Source: Thermodesulfovibrionales bacterium (GTDB lineage Bacteria; Nitrospirota; Thermodesulfovibrionia; Thermodesulfovibrionales; JdFR-86). Taken from it: a stretch of DNA of 64,000 bases. Where the stretch lies: assembly GCA_030682405.1 (NCBI GenBank), contig JAUXOF010000038.1, forward strand, positions 1,044 through 65,043. The letters run 5' to 3'. The position numbers and the translations under genes are program-made. Position 1 is the first letter of the stretch. Each line of letters starts with the position of its first letter. Below the pieces are notes generated by a model that saw only the letters and a program-made list of their open reading frames with translations, did not search any database and was not told the origin of the DNA. Positions 59,975-64,000 of the stretch are shown in pieces.

Positions 59975-61260
59975 TGACCATGGTAGCAGTCGTCTTCGTG
60001 CTCGCTTACTCGTGCATAGCGGTCGAGCACTACGTTAAAATCAACAAGTCCGCCATAGCCCTTATAGCCGCAGGGCTGATGTGGACGCTATACTCCTTTG
60101 CAAGCCCCACGGGCGTCGAAGGCGTAATCCACCAGCTCACGGAAAAGTTAGGCGAAACAGCGGCAATAGTATTCTTTCTGATATGCGCCATGACCATCGT
60201 CGAGGTGACCGACTCCCACGGCGGTTTTGAGGTCATCACCTCGCGCATCAAGGCCACAAAACTTTCGAGCCTGCTCTGGATAATCGGCTTCATCAGCTTC
60301 TACCTGTCAGCCATATTGGACAACATGACCACCACCATAGTGATGGTCACCCTGATGAAGCGCCTCCTTAAAGACCACAAACAGCGCCTTTTCTTTGCAG
60401 GCATTATCGTGATTGCCGCCAATGCCGGAGGCGCATGGACTCCAATCGGCGACGTAACCACCACCATGCTCTGGATAGGCGGACAAATCACCACGGGCGC
60501 TATCATGAAGGGCCTCTGGATTGCATCCATGGTCAATCTGCTTATCCCCCTGATATTGGCCACCTTATTCATGAAGAGCCTCAAGGGCAATGTCGTTCCG
60601 CCTGACAATGTCGAAAACGGAGTCACCAATACCTCTCAGTTTGAAAAGAACCTGATGTTTTTTATGGGCATAGGCTCCCTGATGTTCGTTCCGGTGTTCA
60701 AGGCCGTTACGCATCTTCCCCCGTACCTCGGCATTCTTCTTGCCTTGGGCGTGCTCTGGCTTGTAGGCAATATACTTCACCGCAATAAGCCCGAAGAGGA
60801 AAAGGAACATCTCACCTTGACCAAGGCCCTCAAGCGCATAGATATGGCAACGGTGGTGTTCTTTATCGGCATCCTGCTTGCCGTCGCCTCCCTTTCTGCA
60901 AACGGCATGCTCCCTGCGCTTGCCGGGTGGCTCGATGCAAAGTTAGGCAACCAGTCTCTGATTGTCATTATCATCGGCCTTGCTTCGGCTGTCATAGACA
61001 ACATCCCTCTTGTGGCCGCTTCAATGGGCATGTACCCGCTCTCCCAGTACCCTACGGACTCATTCCTTTGGGAGTTCATGGCCTATGCTGCAGGCACCGG
61101 AGGCTCTATCCTGATTATCGGCTCAGCCGCTGGCGTGGCAGCCATGGGTCTTGAAAAAATCCAGTTCTTCTGGTATGCCGTGCGCATCGGGCCGCTTGCC
61201 TTTGTCGGGTATTTCGCCGGCATTGCGGCATACATGATTCAATACAAACTTCTTCACTGA
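59971..61260 (+). CDS. nhaD: NhaD-type Na+/H+ antiporter
   Basis: 429 aa. SAILDNMTTTIVMV and SAVIDNIPLVAA repeats and the overall TM pattern are typical of NhaD. Confidence 0.75.
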   Translation: MMTMVAVVFVLAYSCIAVEHYVKINKSAIALIAAGLMWTLYSFASPTGVEGVIHQLTEKLGETAAIVFFLICAMTIVEVTDSHGGFEVITSRIKATKLSSLLWIIGFISFYLSAILDNMTTTIVMVTLMKRLLKDHKQRLFFAGIIVIAANAGGAWTPIGDVTTTMLWIGGQITTGAIMKGLWIASMVNLLIPLILATLFMKSLKGNVVPPDNVENGVTNTSQFEKNLMFFMGIGSLMFVPVFKAVTHLPPYLGILLALGVLWLVGNILHRNKPEEEKEHLTLTKALKRIDMATVVFFIGILLAVASLSANGMLPALAGWLDAKLGNQSLIVIIIGLASAVIDNIPLVAASMGMYPLSQYPTDSFLWEFMAYAAGTGGSILIIGSAAGVAAMGLEKIQFFWYAVRIGPLAFVGYFAGIAAYMIQYKLLH

Positions 61261-61287
61261 GTTTTCAGGTCTCTAAGGAATAAAAAA

Positions 61288-61313
61288 GGGCGGCTTTCAG
61301 GCCGCCCTTTTTT
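61288..61313 (+). terminator. Rho-independent terminator after nhaD
   Basis: gggcggc-tttcag-gccgccc followed by T6. An A6 run precedes the stem. Confidence 0.8.
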
Positions 61314-61620
61314 ATGGGGACAGATGAGAAAAATATGCCCCATGGCCTCGCCGCAGTAACCACATCTCCGAGTTAGCGCCCTCAACCTGCCAATAGAGAA
61401 GAGACAACCGCACCATCCACGAGCCTTTATATAAAACCCGCTTCCGCCTGTCGCTTGCACCCCCCCTACGGTCCTGGTTCGGCTGAACTGGTTCGGGTAG
61501 ACCATGACCGTAAGGCCCGCTTATCATCCATTCATGAGGACCGAGTAATCAGATTAAATTCCCGCCGGGCGTGCCCGGGCACGCCCTTTCCCCCCATGCG
61601 GGCAGGGAGAAGGAGGACGG

Positions 61621-61851
61621 ATGAAGGAACAATCATGCATCAAGCCGGGGTCATTTGAGAGATGGGCGCTTCGGCAGCTTAGAGAAAAAAGGATGTGCAG
61701 GGTGGAGAGTTCCATGACCTGCCTTCCGCTCGGCAACGACCCGATATGCCGGGCCTGCTATGAGGGAGATTTGAGCACCGGCGAGAGGGCTGCGAGCACC
61801 GGCGTAGAAGGCTGCGAGCCGGGATGCGCTCAGAAACGGGTGAGACTGTGA
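61621..61851 (+). CDS. Hypothetical Cys-rich small protein
   Basis: GAAGGAGGA RBS 5 nt upstream. 76 aa with 7 Cys (..CLPLGNDPICRAC..). No family recognised. Overlaps the next ORF. Confidence 0.3.
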   Translation: MKEQSCIKPGSFERWALRQLREKRMCRVESSMTCLPLGNDPICRACYEGDLSTGERAASTGVEGCEPGCAQKRVRL

Positions 61852-62357
61852 GCAGGAGGATTGAGGACCTTTATCCTCCGGTGGCTGAGATGTGCAGGAG
61901 GTTTCTCCATCTCTGCGGACAAAAGGGAATAGAGGCCGTAATCACCTCGACCCTCCGCACTGAAGACGAGCAGCTTGCGCTCTTTGCTCAGGGCAGAAAG
62001 AAACTCTCTTATGTAAACGGCCTCAGGCAGGACGCCGGCCTTCCTCCCATAACCGAGGAGCAGAACAGGCGCATCGTAACTAAAAGCTCCATATCCGTCC
62101 ACCGGTTCGGGTGCGCATTCGATGTTGCGCTTAAGAAGGACGGCGGGGCTGTATGGGATGTAAAGGCAGACCTCAACAGAAACGACATTTCCGACTATGA
62201 GGAGATGGGCCTGACAGGAGAGTCCATAGGCCTCAGATGGGGCGGCAGGTTCCGCTTTAGGGACTACTGCCATTTTGAATACACAGGCGGCCTCGGCATT
62301 GAAGAGCTTGAGGCAGGCGCGCGGCCTCAGGGACCGCGGGAAAAGGAGGATTTATGA
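61824..62357 (+). CDS. Peptidase M15 (VanY/L-alanyl-D-glutamate peptidase type) endolysin
   Basis: SVHRFGCAFD (SxHxxGxAxD zinc motif) and a distal DYCHFEY His. The start is uncertain (the GTG at 61848 is possible). Confidence 0.7.
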   Translation: MRSETGETVSRRIEDLYPPVAEMCRRFLHLCGQKGIEAVITSTLRTEDEQLALFAQGRKKLSYVNGLRQDAGLPPITEEQNRRIVTKSSISVHRFGCAFDVALKKDGGAVWDVKADLNRNDISDYEEMGLTGESIGLRWGGRFRFRDYCHFEYTGGLGIEELEAGARPQGPREKEDL

Positions 62358-62779
62358 GCGTTTTGGGGATGGTTTTGCCTGCCCTGATGCCCGCAGTGGC
62401 GGACGGGCTCAAGGGATTGTTCCAGAGATTTTTCAGAGGGGAAAAGCCTGTAACCGCAGCCGAGCAGATAGAACTCATGCGGGCGGAGACGGAAAAACTA
62501 AGGGCAATAGCCTCGCTTGACCGGCCCTCGGAGAACATCTCCCCTTGGGTTTCAAACCTGAGGGCGAGCTTCAGGTACATTGCGGCAGGGCTGATTATCA
62601 CAGGCACGCTCCTCTTCACCCTCATTTATTTCTGGATGAGCCACGAAAGCCCCGAAGGCAAGGCCCTGCCTGCGGCGCTCGGGGTGCTTGAGCTTTTCCT
62701 TGAACTCTCGGCCTCGGTATTCAGTTTCATGTTCGGCGACAGGGTATACCTGCGCCTCAAGGCGGGAGGGCATAGATGA
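62354..62779 (+). CDS. Holin-like membrane protein (resembles the 3TM GTA-type holin family)
   Basis: An N-terminal amphipathic segment, AEQIELMRAETEKL, then PWVSNLRASFRYIAAGLIITGTLLF and further TMs. 4-nt overlap with the endolysin gene. Confidence 0.45.
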   Translation: MSVLGMVLPALMPAVADGLKGLFQRFFRGEKPVTAAEQIELMRAETEKLRAIASLDRPSENISPWVSNLRASFRYIAAGLIITGTLLFTLIYFWMSHESPEGKALPAALGVLELFLELSASVFSFMFGDRVYLRLKAGGHR

Positions 62780-63120
62780 TAGAAACGGAGTTCATGAAGG
62801 CCCTGATAAACGCAGGGGTCGGAGCTTTCATAGCCCTGCTCATCCTCGTCGGGCTTTACAGGATAGCCCACAGGATAGGGATTGAGTTCGTAAGGGCGCA
62901 GCAGGCTCAGGCCGAGGCCCTTGGAAGGCAGGCCCAGAGCATGGAGGGGCTTACAATGTCCATTCAGGATTTTGTAGGCAGGGACTCGGGAGAGCACAGG
63001 GAGATGCTCGTGCTCCTGAGATTTATAGCACAACAACAGCAAACATTCGACGAGGTGAAGGTTGAACACAACTACCGCAAAAAACAGGCGCATCCGCATT
63101 GCCCTGTTAAATCTTCTTAA
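62776..63120 (+). CDS. Hypothetical phage membrane protein
   Basis: An N-terminal TM (INAGVGAFIALLILVGLY) followed by a Gln-rich coiled region. Start overlaps the previous stop. Confidence 0.45.
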   Translation: MIETEFMKALINAGVGAFIALLILVGLYRIAHRIGIEFVRAQQAQAEALGRQAQSMEGLTMSIQDFVGRDSGEHREMLVLLRFIAQQQQTFDEVKVEHNYRKKQAHPHCPVKSS

Positions 63121-63361
63121 GACCGAGTATCCGGGCGCGCTTGATACAAAGGCCCTACAGTTTGCCATGGACAATCTGGGCTATCCCATGCCGGAGGGAA
63201 GTCTCCATGCGCATCTCCGCTACCTTGAGGAAAAGGGCTGTGCGAAACTTGAGCGCAGGGAGGGCCACGGCTTCAGCATCGCATTTACATATCTTACGGC
63301 AATGGGATGGGACCTCCTTGACGGCCATCTGAAGGAAAGGGGGATAGATGAAGAGCTCTGA
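63062..63361 (+). CDS. Hypothetical phage protein, winged-helix-like
   Basis: GAGGTGAAGG RBS before the TTG. LHAHLRYLEEKGCAKLERREG resembles a wHTH wing. Overlaps the preceding ORF by 59 nt. Confidence 0.4.
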   Translation: MNTTTAKNRRIRIALLNLLKTEYPGALDTKALQFAMDNLGYPMPEGSLHAHLRYLEEKGCAKLERREGHGFSIAFTYLTAMGWDLLDGHLKERGIDEEL

Positions 63362-63632
63362 GACGAAAACCGCGCGCAGGAAAAAGATATCCCCCCCGGC
63401 CTTGGAGGCAGAGATGATAACGGCCCTCATAAGGCGTAAGGAGGAATACGAAAGATACTTCAGCACAAAAGAGGATATAGACCCTAAGGTGGAGCAGGCG
63501 TTTACGAACATAGTCAAGCTCATTATCGAGCTTGCAAGGGGCCGGACTGAGCCTGAAAAGAAAGACCCTGAAGAGATGAAGCGCGTGGCGGAGGAGATAC
63601 TTGAAAGAGAGTACGGCATCAAGAGAAATTAG
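63348..63632 (+). CDS. Hypothetical phage protein upstream of the terminase (small-terminase position)
   Basis: 94 aa, charged and helical. The position directly 5' of the large terminase gene is the only functional hint. Confidence 0.35.
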   Translation: MKSSETKTARRKKISPPALEAEMITALIRRKEEYERYFSTKEDIDPKVEQAFTNIVKLIIELARGRTEPEKKDPEEMKRVAEEILEREYGIKRN

Positions 63633-63705
63633 TAATCCCCCCTGCCCCGCTTTAGTAAACGCCTATGGCTCGGAGCCAACGGCTCATAGAGGGGATGAGG
63701 GGGAA

Positions 63706-64000
63706 TTGCTAAAAATTCTTCTTCCTTACCAGCAGAGGTGGGTGAATGACAAATCCACCCTCAAAATCTGGCTCGCCTCAAGGCAAATAGGAAAGTCCTT
63801 TGCCGTTGCGGTGGAGGCCGTGAACGAGGCGCTTACGTCAAGGTGCGACAACCTCATCCTTTCGTCCTCGGAAAGACAGTCCAAAGAGGTGATGCAAAAG
63901 GTATATTCGCACCTGAGATATTTAAACGAAATGAGCGATGAGGTTGTCGAGGCCGAGAGCGAGACCAAAGAGGAGGTCGTTCTCCCAAACGGCTCGCGCA
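63706..64000 (+). CDS. Phage terminase large subunit, N-terminal part (3' end outside window; not in ORF track)
   Basis: TTG start after GAGGGGATGAGGGGG. MLKILLPYQQRWVNDKSTLKIWLASRQIGKSFAVAVEA... has the YQxxW and RQxGKS Walker-A-like pattern of Mu gp28-type terminases. The frame is open to the window end. Confidence 0.6.
   Translation, partial: MLKILLPYQQRWVNDKSTLKIWLASRQIGKSFAVAVEAVNEALTSRCDNLILSSSERQSKEVMQKVYSHLRYLNEMSDEVVEAESETKEEVVLPNGSR

Larger units (their letters stand above)
61621..64000 (+). mobile_element. Phage-derived late-gene module (lysis genes to large terminase), continues beyond window end
   Basis: A same-strand, overlapping-gene block containing an M15 endolysin, a 3TM holin-like protein, small phage-type ORFs and a large terminase N-terminus. 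No integrase, repressor or tRNA lies at its left edge. Confidence 0.6.

Noticed and set aside
61254-61527. Minus-strand ORFs 61254..61505 and 61312..61527 in the nhaD/phage spacer.
   Set aside because: They have no RBS, and their Arg/Gly-rich composition is typical of out-of-frame GC-rich DNA. They overlap the nhaD terminator. They are treated as noncoding boundary sequence.

Overview
A 64-kb chromosomal window with about 60 protein genes and 2 tRNAs, densely coded at moderate G+C. From gene content alone (inference), it comes from a Gram-negative, probably anaerobic bacterium of the Nitrospirota/Desulfobacterota type. Contents in order: mnmA 3' end; a secreted octahaem HAO-family cytochrome c divergent from a NirB-N-terminal-like flavoprotein; tRNA-Lys(UUU) and tRNA-Glu(UUC). 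Next is an integrase-less defence islet: Type III R-M mod/res, a hicBA cassette and two decayed methylase-type gene tails. A sigma-54-promoted envelope operon follows (lipoprotein, two YkuD L,D-transpeptidases, a degenerate paralogue, HAMP kinase, NtrC-type regulator). Housekeeping and signalling genes come next: nadB, HAD, HAMP-GGDEF, split atpB-atpE, Nudix, queE, YdjM-like, DUF948/YtxH, PAS hybrid kinase, a degenerate stand-alone GGDEF protein, ppdK, and a FecR/CHASE2 cyclase pair. A same-strand dnaJ-hspR-clpB block runs straight into a cbiM-PDGLE-cbiQ-cbiO metal transporter. Two parallel TauE-type permease/membrane partner/USP modules flank a divergent sigma-54 two-component system. Then come a dCache kinase with a receiver-only regulator, and an atypical PEP-utilising-type enzyme divergent from a GntR-headed operon (CBS, DASS permease, LCIB-like beta-CA-fold protein, CBS, ArsB/NhaD-type permease, NhaD). 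The window ends in a phage late-gene module (M15 endolysin, 3TM holin, large terminase) that starts abruptly and runs off the window. The most interesting candidates are: (1) the GntR/CBS/permease/LCIB-like/NhaD cluster as a possible undescribed anion or inorganic-carbon uptake system; (2) a recurring D-x-x-SAV(A/T)FAE(E/A)G(E/D) peptide motif shared by a 55-aa protein, a USP-like protein and the PEP-utilising-type enzyme; (3) the duplicated TauE/partner/USP architecture with shared upstream TGCAAC-type motifs. All family calls rest on motif recognition by eye. No database search was possible.
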